Part shown: piece after piece, positions 25,935 through 38,177 of the stretch | How positions within the stretch are numbered: position 1 is the stretch's first letter | Layout of the letters: each line of letters starts with the position of its first letter | From: Leucoraja ocellata | Taxonomy: Eukaryota | Reading direction: 5' to 3' | Assembly: GCA_036785375.1 (NCBI GenBank) | Contig: JAWMAR010000471.1 | Coordinates: 1,302,001-1,366,000, forward strand | DNA: 64,000 nt | Position numbers and translations under genes: made by a program | Notes under the pieces: generated by a model | Told to the model about the DNA's origin: nothing | Database searches by the model: none | The model's input: the letters and a program-made list of their open reading frames with translations, nothing else

Positions 25935-27773
25935 AAAAGTTTTTATAGATATGTGAAAAGAAAGAGATTAGTTAAAGCAAATGTAGGTCCCTTGCAGTCA
26001 GAAACAGGTGAGTTGATCATGGGGAACAAGGATATGGCGGACCAATTGAATAACTACTTTGGTTCCGTCTTCACTAAGGAAGACATAAATAATTTGCCGG
26101 AAATAGCAGGGGACCGCGGGTCAAAGGAGTTGGAGGAATTGAGTGAATCCAGGTTAGCCGGGAAGTAGTGTTGGGTAAAGGTCGATAAATCCCCAGGGCC
26201 AGATAGGCTGCATCCCAGAGTACTTAAGGAAGTAGCTCCAGAAATAGTGGATGCATTAGTAATAATCTTTCAAAATTCTTTAGATTCTGGAGTAGTTCCT
26301 GAGGATTGGCGGGTAGCAAACGTAACCCCACTTTTTAAGAAGGGAGGGAGAGAGAAAACGGGGAATTACAAACCAGTTAGTCTAACATCGGTAGTGGGGA
26401 AACTGCTAGAGTCAGTTATTAAAGATGGGATAGCAGCACATTTGGAAAGTGGTGAAATCATTGGACAAAGTCAGCATGGATTTACGAAAGGTAAATCATG
26501 CCTGACGAATCTTATAGAATTTTTCGAGGATGTAACTAGTAGCGTGGATAGGGGAGAACCAGTGGATTTGGTGTATCTGGACTTCCAGAAGGCTTTTGAC
26601 AAGGTCCCACATAAGAGATTAGTATACAAACTTAAAGCACGTGGCATTGGGGGTTCAGTATTGATGTGGATAGAGAACTGACTGGCAAACAGGAAGCAAA
26701 GAGTAGGAGTAAACGGGTCCTTTTCACAATGGCAGGCAGTGACTAGTGGGGTACCGCAAGGCTCAGTGCTGGGACCCCAGCTATTTACAATATATATTAA
26801 TGATCTGGATGAGGGAATTGAAGGCAATATCTCCATGTTTGCGGATGACACTAAGCTGGGGGGCAGTGTTAGCTGTGAGGAGGATGCTAGGAGACTGCAA
26901 GGTGACTTGGATAGGCTGTGTGAGTGGGCAAATGTTTGGCAGATGCAGTATAATGTGGATAAATGTGAGGTTATCCATTTTGGTGGCAAAAACGGGAAAG
27001 CAGACTATTATCTGAATTGTGGCCGATTGGGAAAGGGGGAGATGCAGCGAGACCTGGGTGTCATGGTACACCAGTCATTGAAGGTAGGCATGCAGGTGCA
27101 GCAGGCAGTAAAGAAAGCGAATGGTATGTTAGCTTTCATTGAAAAAGGATTTGAGTATAGGAGCAGGGAGGTTCTACTGCAGTTGTACAGGGTCTTGGTG
27201 AGACCACACCTGGAGTATTGCGTACAGTTTTGGTCTCCAAATCTGAGGAAGGACATTATTGCCATAGAGGGAGTGCAGAGAAGGTTCACCAGACTGATTC
27301 CTGGGATGTCAGGACTGTCTTATGAAGAAAGACTGGATAGATTTGGTTTATACTCTCTAGAATTTAGGAGATTGAGAGGGGATCTTATAGAAACTTACAA
27401 AATTCTTAAGGGTTGGACAGGCTAGATGCAGGAAGATTGTTCCCGATGTTGGGGAAGTCCGGGACAAGGGGTCACAGCTTAAGGATAAGGGGGAAATCCT
27501 TTAAAACCGAGATGAGAAGAACTTTTTTCACACAGAGAGTGGTGAGTCTCTGGAACTCTCTGCCACAGAGGGTAGTTGAGGCCAGTTCATTGGCTATATT
27601 TAAGAGGGAGTTAGATGTGGCCCTTGTGGCTAAAGGGATCAGGGGGTATGGAGAGAAGGCAGGTACAGGATACTGAGTTGGATGATCAGCCATGATCATA
27701 TTGAATGGTGGTGCAGGCTCGAAGGCCGAATGGCCTACTCCTGCACCTATTTTCTATGTTTCTATGTTTCTAT
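25935..27773 (+). mobile_element. Longest CR1 copy (1.8 kb, RT domain, disrupted)
   Basis: [23 protein letters not shown] and FADDTKL motifs, with stops/frameshifts and a TTTCTATG tail. Confidence 0.93.
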
Positions 27774-27872
27774 GATGATGTAATTGCTCTCGAGATTGTT
27801 ATCTGGACTGAATATAAGGAGAGCGATGTCTCTGCTACAGATTACAACTCGCCATTTGATTGTTCTCCGGGC

Positions 27873-27942
27873 ATGCATGCGCCGGGAAATGGTCCGGTAT
27901 TCGCCGTTAATTATTCAACTCTTGCTACATTCGGTGTTCCGG
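27873..27942 (+). other. Extra first exon of GPR139-like gene (subfamily B); its exon 2 may lie in the gap
   Basis: MHAPGNGPVFAVNYSTLATFGVP + G|GTAAAG. Paralogous intron runs up to the N gap at 28879. Confidence 0.75.
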
Positions 27943-28878
27943 GTAAAGTGTGACTGAACTCGGGTCAAGGGGAGATTACATATCTTGTGTCTTTTTCGTT
28001 TTTTGTTATTTATGTGGCGTTTCTTTACAGATTATGCAAAAATCACATTCCTCGATTGTTTGTGCTCTGTTGTGTTTGTGGAAAACATCAGATCAATCAA
28101 GTCTCGGAACGCAGGGGATATGCTCATGTTTTTACGACCACAGTTTGGTCTGCCAGATGTGTTGTGAGTTCGTATTGCTTTATATTTTTTCCACGGCTAA
28201 TCATTGCAGCGCAATCAGATCATAAGACAGCCTGAAATGCATGGATTACTTGCGTACTTTGGCGTTCGCCCAACATATTACGACACATCCCATCGACACA
28301 TCCCATAGAGGGCGCCGTTGCACAATGAGCTGCTTTCTATTATAGACAAGCCCCAGTTGTACCATTATCACGAGCGCCATCAATACTTTTTTTCCCTAAC
28401 TGTTTCACCCCCACGACAACTGCCTCATCCGCCGTACTCCCGGCATTGCTTATAATCCTGATTCATTCTTCATTTCCACCGGTGTCTATCAAACTTTTTT
28501 AAATGTTATTTTGACATTCAGGATGCTCTCTCCCATGTACGCCTTACTCTCAACACTCTCATGTTTATCTACGGAAGTCGGCACCACCAAAAACACATCT
28601 CTAACGCGTCTTCTCCCTATAACCAATATGTTCTCCCTATATTCCAATATTCTCCCTTTAACCAAATTCGTCAAAATGCCGCAGTTCCGGTTCAGGTGGC
28701 CATGAGCTCGTGTTCTGTCAGCGACCGTTACGGTTTGTGTCGCTCCCTTCTTCGGATAAATTACTGACAAAAACGCTGTTGGAGTATCAACTTTCAAATA
28801 GCCCGCGTGTCCGGGTAAAGTGTTACATGGACGCAGAGAATAATCACTGGGATCACTCCAGCAGTCGGATCCAATATT

Positions 28879-29078
28879 NNNNNNNNNNNNNNNNNNNNNN
28901 NNNNNNNNNNNNNNNNNNNNNNNNNNNNNNNNNNNNNNNNNNNNNNNNNNNNNNNNNNNNNNNNNNNNNNNNNNNNNNNNNNNNNNNNNNNNNNNNNNNN
29001 NNNNNNNNNNNNNNNNNNNNNNNNNNNNNNNNNNNNNNNNNNNNNNNNNNNNNNNNNNNNNNNNNNNNNNNNNNNNNN
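28879..29078. other. Assembly gap (200 N)
   Basis: N run. Other gaps at 14144-14498 and 37189-37356. Confidence 0.99.
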
Positions 29079-29284
29079 GTTCCATCATTAACCCTGTATG
29101 TCTTCACCTCAAATTAGGTAACAAACGTGTGCAGGTTGGCTGCCATAATTTGTTTGTTCACGTAGCCTGCAACTAACGATTATGATGATGTTAATTGCTC
29201 TCGAGATGCTATCTGGACTGAATATAAGGACAGCGATGACTCTATTAGAGATTACAACTCGCCATTTGATTGTTCACCAGGAAA

Positions 29285-31844
29285 ATGCATGCGCCGGGAA
29301 ATGGACCTGTCTTCGCCGTTTATTATTCAACTCTTGCTACATTCGGGGTTCCAGGTAAAACGTGACAACTCGGGGCAACAAGATATTAATGGTTTCATAT
29401 CTGGGTGTCTTTATCGTGTTTAGTTATGTGGGGAACGTGTCTTTACCAATTATACAAAACTCATTTCTCGGTTGTTTATTATCTGTTGTGTTTGTGGATA
29501 ATATCAATTTAATCAAGTTCTTCGAAACGCCGGGGATATACTTATCTTTTATTTTTTGTCGCACAGTTTGGTCTACCAGATGTGTTGTGAGTTCGTATTG
29601 CTTTATATTTTTCCACGACTAATCATTGCAGCGCAATCAGATCATAAGACAGCCTGAAATGCATGGAATACTTGCTACTTTGCGTTCGCCCAATTTATTA
29701 CGACACATCCCATCGACACATCCCATAGAGGGCGCCGTTGCACAATTAAGCTGCTTTGTATTCTAGACAAGCCCCAGTTCCCCCATTCTCACGAGCGACA
29801 TGTTTGAAGACACATCATAGCATTTGTTTCGGATCTGTTTTACCCTCTCGATAAATGCGTATTCCGCGGTACTCCCGGCAGTGATAATACTGATTTATTC
29901 CTCTTCGTGTTACCCGGTATCTGTCAACCCTTTTTTATTATTATTTTGTCCTTCAGGATGCTCTCTCCCATGTACGTCTTACTCTCAACACTTTCATGTT
30001 TATCTAGGGAAGTCGGCACCACCACCAACAAAAAAACATCTCTAAACGCGTCATTCTCCCTATAACCAATATGGGCTCAATTCGTCCAAATATCGCAGTC
30101 CTGGGTTCAGGTGGCCATAAGCTCGTGTTCTGTCAGCGACCGTCACGGTTTGTGTCGCTCCCATCTTCGGATAAATTACTGACAATATTGCTGTTGGAGT
30201 ATCAACTTTCAAATAGCCGTATGCCCGGGAAAAGTGTTGAATGGGCGCATACAATAATCATTGGGATCACTCCAGCAGTCGTACGGAGTCGAGGGGGGAG
30301 GTAAAGGGACAAGTGTTGCATCTCCTGCGGTTGCAAGGGAAAGTGCCCGGGGAGGGGGTGTCCTTTACCTCCCCCCTCGACTCCGTTCAAGGACCCAAGC
30401 AATCGTTCCAGGTGCGACAGAGGTTTACCTGCATCTCTTCCAACCTCATCTATGCGTCCGCTGCTCTAGATGTCAGCAGATCTATATCGGTGAGACCAAG
30501 CGGAGGTTGGGCGATCGTTTCGCCGAACACCTCCGCCGGGTCCGCAATAACCAAGCTGACCTCCCGGTGGCTCAGCACTTCAACTCCCCTCCCACTCCGC
30601 CTCCGACCTCTCTGTCCTGGGTCTCCTCCATGGCCACAGCGAGCAGCACCGGAAATTGGAGGAACAGCACCTCATATTCGTTTGGGAAGTCTGCACCCCG
30701 GGGGCATGAACATCGATTTCTCCCAATTCTGTTAGTCCTTGCTGTCTCCTCCCCTTCCTCAGCTCCCCTGCTGTCTCCTCCCACCCTCCAGCCTTCTGGC
30801 TACTCCTCCTTTTCCCTTTCTTGTCCCCACCCACCCCCACCCCCGATCAGTCTGAAGAAGGGTTTCGGCCCGAAACGTTGCCTATTTCCTTCGCTCCATA
30901 GATGCTGCTGCACCCGCAGAGTTTCTCCAGCTTTTCTGTGTAACCTTCGATTCTCCAGCATTCTGCAGTTCCCTCTTAAACCTCGGGAACAATCTTCCTG
31001 CATCTAGCCTCTCCAACCCCTTAAGATCTTTCACTGAGATCCCCCCTCAATCTTCTAAATTCGAGCGAGTACAGCCGAGTCTATCCAGTCTGTCTTCATA
31101 TGAAAGTCCTGCCATCCCAGGAATCAGCCTGGTGTACTATGGTACGTCTAGGAGACCAAAACTGTACGCAATACTCCACATGTGGTCTCACCAAGGCCCC
31201 GTACAAACTGCAGTAGAACCTCCCTGCTCCTATACTCAAATCGTGTTGCTATGGAATGCTAACATACCATTCGCTTTCTTCACTGCCTGCTGCACACTGC
31301 ATGCCTACTTTCAATGACTGGTGTACCATGACACCCAGGTCTCGTTGTATCTCTCCTTTTCCTAATCGCCACAATCAGATACAGTCTACTTTCCTGTTTT
31401 TGCCACCAGTGTGGATGACCTCGCATTTATCCACATTATACTGCATCTGCCATGCATTTGCCCACTCACCCAGCCTATCCTAGTCACCTTGCAGCCTCCT
31501 AGCATCCTCCTCACAGCCAACACTGCCCCCAGCTTCGTGTCATCCTTTCTTTATGTGTTATTCGAATCGCATGCTTTGATGTCTAATGCATCCAATGCTT
31601 ATAATTTGTTCGTTTGATGTGTTAAGTGATACGTGGGATCTCATATAAACCATAACCATTTGATATGAACAATGAATATATTATGTATTTGTAATCCCAG
31701 CCGCTCGCGTGTGCATGAGGCGGTCACTGTAAAGGATAAATCGAGCGGTGTTAATCAGATAAACCTTTCTCTGGATAATGTAACGAGGTGCCTAATCACT
31801 GCTGTTATCTCTAACAATTTTTCATCCGCACCCCCCACCCCACC

Positions 31845-31877
<33 letters not shown>

Positions 31878-32818
31878 ACCCCCCTCTCTCTCTCTCTCTC
31901 CCACAGCTAACCTGGTGACGATTGTAATTCTCTCGCAAGGAAGATGCAGCCTCTCCAAATGCATCACTCGCTACCTGGTGTTTATGGCGGTGGCGGATTT
32001 CCTGGTCATTGTCACTGCCGTTATCTTAAGCCGACTTCGTGTCATTTACTTCAACTCCAGTTTGCTGTCCACCACCCCGGCGTGCAGTCTGATTATTCTG
32101 CTCAGCTGGGTTTCCAAAGACACTTCCGTCTGGCTCACGGTCGCGTTCACCTTCGATCGGTTCATCGCCATTTGTTGCCAGAAAGTGAAGCTAAGATATT
32201 GTACAGAGAAACCGCGGCGTCGTCATTGGAACCGTCTGCCTGCTCGGCAGTGTGAAAAACGTCCCACTGTATTTTGTATATGAGCCTCTCTATATCACAG
32301 ATAACGTTCCTTGGTACTGCATCATAAGGGAGATATATTATACTTCCGTTGCGTGGACATGCTATGACTGGCTGCACCGTATTTTAAACCCATGTCTCCC
32401 GTTCGTTCTGATCTTCCTGCTAAACGCATTCACTATCAAACATATCCTTGCCTCCAGCGCGGCCCGCAAGAGGCTCCGCGCCCAAAATCAGGGCGCCACC
32501 CAAAGCGACCCGGAGATGGAGAGCAGGGACGGTCTATTATTTTACTCATGGCGATCTCGGGTACCTTTCTCCTGTTGAGGCTGACCTATATTGTTAAATT
32601 CCTATTCGTCCAAATTACAAGCAAGAACTACGCCACCGGAACCAATTCCTATGATCCAAAGTTTATTCTGCAGGAAGCGGACACATGTTGGATCTGCTCA
32701 GTTCCTGCACCAACTCGTGTATCTATGCGGGGACACAGACAAATTTAGACAGCAGTTGAAGATAGCGGTCAACTACCCTGTCAAAGTAATGAGCAAATGT
32801 ATCAGAGAGCGATCATAG
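29285..32818 (+). pseudogene. GPR139-like copy 3, near-identical to copy 2, frameshifted as assembled (exon 1 29285-29354; exon 2 31907-32818)
   Basis: Same exons as copy 2 but 1-nt deletions near 32210, 32219, 32527, 32676 and 32740, mostly in homopolymers. Could be a pseudogene or an error-rich/haplotype duplicate. Confidence 0.7.
30284..30980 (+). mobile_element. Penelope-like insertion with inverted 5' segment
   Basis: GIY-YIG ORF. 30284-30357 is the inverted upstream part (encodes PCNRRRCNTCP on the - strand). 3' end carries the CTGAAGA...GAAAC motif. Confidence 0.85.
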
Positions 32819-35800
32819 GAACATTCTGCCTCATCTTCCAATAGTAACGCGGAATTGTATGTCGCATTGGAACCGTGTATATGCTGATAGTTTATATTCT
32901 CGCCCATAACGTTAATGTTTGCTCTCCGTGAACTATGAAAATGCCTTGCTGACTATTAGAAACATAGAAACATAGAAATTAGGTGCAGGAGTAGACCATT
33001 CGGCCTTCGAGCCTGCACCGCCATTCAATATGATCATGGCTGATCATCCAACTCAGTATCCCGTACCTGCCTTCTCTCCATACCCTCTGATCTCCTTAGC
33101 CACAAGGGCCACATCTAACTCCCTCTTAAATATAGCCAATGAACTGGCCTCGACTACCTCTGCGGCAGAGAGTTCCAGAGACTCACCACTCTCTGTGTGA
33201 AAAAAGTTCTTCTCATCTCGGTTTTAAAGGATTTCCCCTTATCCATAAGCTGTGACCCTTGCCCTGGACTTCCCCAACATCGGGAGCAATCTTCCTGCAT
33301 CTAGCCTGTCCAACCCTTAAGAATTTTGTAAGTTTCCATAAGATCCTTACAAAATGCTATATATTATAAGAATCAGGTAGTTGTAAGACTTCCAGTGTAA
33401 AATAAGCAACACTGAGTTTTAGCTATGGATACTATGAGTTTCAAAGTAAAAGAAGTACTGACACTTTGAAAAATGTAAAAGTGGATAAGTCTCCAGGTCC
33501 TGACAGGATGAGTTGTGCGGAGCAAATTCCCAATGTCAGAAAATACATCGCAATGACACGATCATTAGGACGCAATAACATTGGTTAGATATTGACCTCG
33601 GGTCGACATGAGAATTCCAAACACCCTCATTGAAACAGAGGTGATGTGTTTTCCACACTAGTCTAATCGTAAGTTGCTATCCAAGTCACCTTGCAACTCC
33701 TCCCATCCCCTTTTATAGTGCACCGGTCTTGGGTATTTTACGAAATTTCTCGTCGCGCACAAATTACAATTGAAGGGAGATGTTTTCAAAGGAACGCTAC
33801 TAACGGAATAGCACACGGAAACACAGGCATATGCACTGTAATTTTCAAGCAGGAACTGCAGATGCTGGAAATTGAAGGGAGGCAAAGGTGCTGGAGACCT
33901 GAAGAAGGGTTTCCGTCCGAAACGTTGCCTATTTCCTTCGCTCCATAAGATGCTGCCGCACCCGCTGAGTTTCTCCAGCACTTTTGTCTACCATATGCAT
34001 GTAATGTTTTTCTTTCTCCCTCGTCCTGTCGGGAAGCAACATATTTGGTCACGGAATTGCGATATAAATAAAGTGCTCTTAAGTATTGCTTTTATTGTTG
34101 TGTAATCAGTCGGGGGGGAAAATGTTTGAAGCCAAAGATATTGTCATTTCATCTTATGATAGGACATATATCGGTGTAAGCTAAATTCACCTGCTTGTAC
34201 ATGAACCCTCGCCCTCCATTCCCCTGTATACCCATTTGTCTCAAATAAAAGCCTCTTAAATAACAGCCAACGATATCTGCGTAAAAATGTGTCCCTCTCA
34301 TCTTCAAGATGTGGTCTCTATTCTTTGAGAACTGGCAAAGTCTTCCAATGATTTACACCGGGGAGATTGACGGAGGTTGGGCGTTCGTTTCGCCGAACAC
34401 CTCCGCTCAGTCCGCAGTAACCTACCTGAACTCCCGGTGGCTCAGCACTTCAACTCCCCTCCCATTCCCAATCCGACCTCTCTGTCCTGGGTCTCCTCCA
34501 TTGCCAGAGTGAGCAACACCGGAAATTGGAGGAACAGCACCTCATATTCCGCCTGGGTTGCTTGCGTCGGATGGCATGAACGTTGAATTCTCCCAATTTT
34601 GCTAGCCCTTGCTGTCTCCTCCCCTTCCTTCACCCTCGAGCTGTCTCCTCCCATCCCCCCGCCCTCGGGCTCCTCCTCCTCCCTTTTTCCTTCCTTCTCC
34701 CCCCCCCCCCCCCCCCCCCACCCCCCATCAGTCTGAAGAAGGGTTTCGGCCCCGAAACGTTGCCTATTTCCTTCGCTCCATAGATGCTGCTGCACCCGCT
34801 GAGTTTCTCCAGCATTTGTGTGTACCTTCGATCTTCCAGCATCTGCAGTTCCTTCTTGAACATCTTCCAACGCCTTTTCTGCAAACCGCACTTCCAACGC
34901 ATTTTTTTTTCTGCATTGCCTTGGTTTTCCAACGGGTCCCCAGTTAAGAAACCTCTCGTGTTCTACGGCTCATTGAGACAGGTGGTCTGATATTCATGAA
35001 CCCTTTGTCGCAGGTAATCGATGTAATCGCCGGTAATCGATGAACTATGATTATATATCAAGTGGTGAAAAACTGATTGGAAATTAAATATTTCGTGTGG
35101 GCCGCGAAGAAAGATTTATCCGCTGGTAGTACTCGTGTTCATACCACCACCTTTGACAATAGACAATTGACAATAGGTGCAGGAGTAGGCCAATCGGACC
35201 TTGGAGCCAGCACCGCCATTCGATGTGATCATGGCTGATCATCCACAATCAGTACCCCGTTCGTGCCTTCTCCCCATATCCCCTGACTCCGCTATTTTTA
35301 AGAGGCCTTTCAAGCTCTCTCTTCAAAGGGTTCCAGAGAACCTGTCTCCAGAGAATTCCACAGCCTCACAACGTTATGTGAGAAAAGGTGCTTCCTCGCC
35401 TCCGTTCTAAATGGCTCATTCTTCAACTGTGCCCCCTGGTTCTGGACTCCCTCAACATCGGGAACGTTCCCTGCCTCTAGCTTGCCCAAACCCTTAATAA
35501 ACCTATATATTTCAATAGGATACCCTCTCATCCTTCTAAACTCCAGAGTATACAAGCCCAGCCGCTCCATTCGCCCAGCATATGACAGTCCCGCCATACC
35601 GGGAATTAATCGCATAAACCTACGCTGCACTCCCTCAATAGCAAGAATGTCCTTCCATGATCATATTGAATGGTGGTGCAGGCTCGAAGGGCCGAATGGC
35701 CTACTCCTGCACCTATTTTCTATGTTTCTATGTTTCTATGATGATGTAATTGCTCTCGAGATTGTTATCTGGACTGAATATAAGGAGAGCGATGTCTCTA

Positions 35801-35840
35801 CTACAGATTACAACTCGCCATTTGATTGTTCTCCGGGAAA

Positions 35841-38177
35841 ATGCATGCGCCGAGAAATGGTCCGGTGTTCGCCGTTAATTATTCAACTCTTGCTACATTC
35901 GGTGTTCCGGGTAAAGCGTGACTGAACTCGGGTCAAGGAGAGATTACATATCTTGTGTCTTTTTTGTTATTTATGTGGCGTTTCTTTACAGATTATGCAA
36001 AAATCACGTTCCTCGATTGTTTGTTCTGTGTTGTGTTTGTGGAAAACATCAGATCAATCAAGTCTCGCAACGCAGGGGATATGCTCATGTTTTTACGACC
36101 ACAGTTTGGTCTGCCAGATGTGTTGTGAGTTCGTATTGCTTTATATTTTTCCACGACTAATCATTGCAGCGCACTCAGATCATAAGACAGCCTGAAATGC
36201 ATGGATTACTTGCCAACATTGGCGTTCGCCCAACTCATTACGACACATCCCATCGACACATCCCATAGAGGGCGCCGTTGCACAATGAGCTGCTTTCTAT
36301 TATAGACAAGCCCCAGTTGTACCATTATCACGAGCGCCATCAATACTTTTTTTCCCTAACTGTTTCACCCCCACGACAACTGCCTCATCCGCCGTACTCC
36401 CGGCATTGCTTATAATCCTGATTCATTCTTCATTTCCACCGGTGTCTATCAAACTTTTTTTAATGTTATTTTGACATTCAGGATGCTCTCTCCCATGTAC
36501 GCCTTACTCTCAACACTCTCATGTTTACCTACGGAAGTCGGCACCACCAAAAACACATCTCTAACGCGTCTTCTCCCTATAACCAATATGTTCTCCCTAT
36601 ATATTCCATTATTCTCCCTTTAACCAAATTCGTCAAAATGCCGCAGTTCCGGTTCAGGTGGCCATGAGCTCGTGTTCTGTCAGCGACCGTTACGGTTTGT
36701 GTCGCTCCCTTCTTCGGATAAATTACTGACAAAAACGTTGTTGGAGTATCAACTTTCAAATAGCCCGCGTGTCCGGGTAAAGTGTTACATGGACGCAGAG
36801 AATAATCACTGGGATCACTCCAGCAGTTGTATGCAATATTCTTATTCCGCGAGACTCATGCAGGGTGAAGGGTGAACCTTTCATTGTGTGTTATTCTAAT
36901 TGCATGCTTTGATGTCTAATGCATCCACCGCATAGTCTGTTCGTTTGATGTGTTAAGTGATACAGGGGATCTCAAATAAACCATAACTATTGATATGAAC
37001 AAAAAATGTATTATTTAATTGTATTCGCAGCCACTCGCGTGTGCATGGAGCGGTCATTTTGAAGGATGAAGCGAGCTGTTTTTAATCAGAAAATCTAATT
37101 TCACGTTCGTCTCCCGAAAATGTAACGAGGTGTCAAATAACTACTGTTCTGTCTGACAACCTTCCACACCCCATCCCACCCACTCTCCNNNNNNNNNNNN
37201 NNNNNNNNNNNNNNNNNNNNNNNNNNNNNNNNNNNNNNNNNNNNNNNNNNNNNNNNNNNNNNNNNNNNNNNNNNNNNNNNNNNNNNNNNNNNNNNNNNNN
37301 NNNNNNNNNNNNNNNNNNNNNNNNNNNNNNNNNNNNNNNNNNNNNNNNNNNNNNNNTGGTGACGATTGTGATTCTGTCGCAAGGAAGATGCAGCCTCTCC
37401 AAATGCATCACTCGCTACCTGGTGTTTATGGCGGTGGCGGATTTCCTGGTCATTGTCACTGCCGTTATCTTAAGCCGACTGCGGGTCATTTACTTCAACT
37501 CCAGTTTGCTGTCCACCACCCCGGCGTGCAGTCTGATTATTCTGCTCAGCTGGGCTTCCAAAGACACTTCCGTCTGGTTCACGGTCGCCTTCACCTTCGA
37601 TCGGTTCATCGCCATTTGTTGCCAGAAACTGAAGCTAAGATATTGTACAGAGAAAACCGCGGCGGTCGTCATTGGAACCGTCTGCCTGCTCGGCATTGTG
37701 AAAAACGTCCCTCTGTATTTTAAATATGAGCCTCTCTACACCATGGATAATGTTCCTTGGTACTGCATCATCAGCCAGATATATTATACTTCCGTTGCAT
37801 GGAGATTCTGTGACTGGCTGCACCGGATTTTAAACCCATGTTTTCCGTTCGTTCTGATCTCCCTGCTAAACGCCTTCACTATCAAACATATCATTGCCGC
37901 CAGCGCGGCCCGCAAGAGGCTCCGCTCCCAAAACCAGGGCGACAAACAAAGCGACCCGGAGATGGAGAGCAGGAGACGGTCTATCATTTTACTCATGGCG
38001 ATCTCGGGTACCTTTCTCCTGTTGAAACTGACCTACATTGCTATAGACTTTGCCAGTTTTGCTTTGGCGTGGCTTATATGTGGTTTCCAGCAGATTTTGT
38101 GGTCTACACTCACACCAAGAAATGTATTTTCATATACTCTTTCTATATTTAAGTTATCTATTTTCAATTGTACTTGA
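35841..38177 (+). pseudogene. GPR139-like copy 4, truncated in TM6 and read through into antisense LINE (exon 1 35841-35910; exon 2 from gap ~37357)
   Basis: Exon 1 MHAPRNGPVFAVNYSTLATFGVP. Exon 2 homology ends at LKLTYI (38040), then the frame continues in LINE sequence to TGA at 38175-38177. The splice acceptor lies in the gap 37189-37356. Confidence 0.8.
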
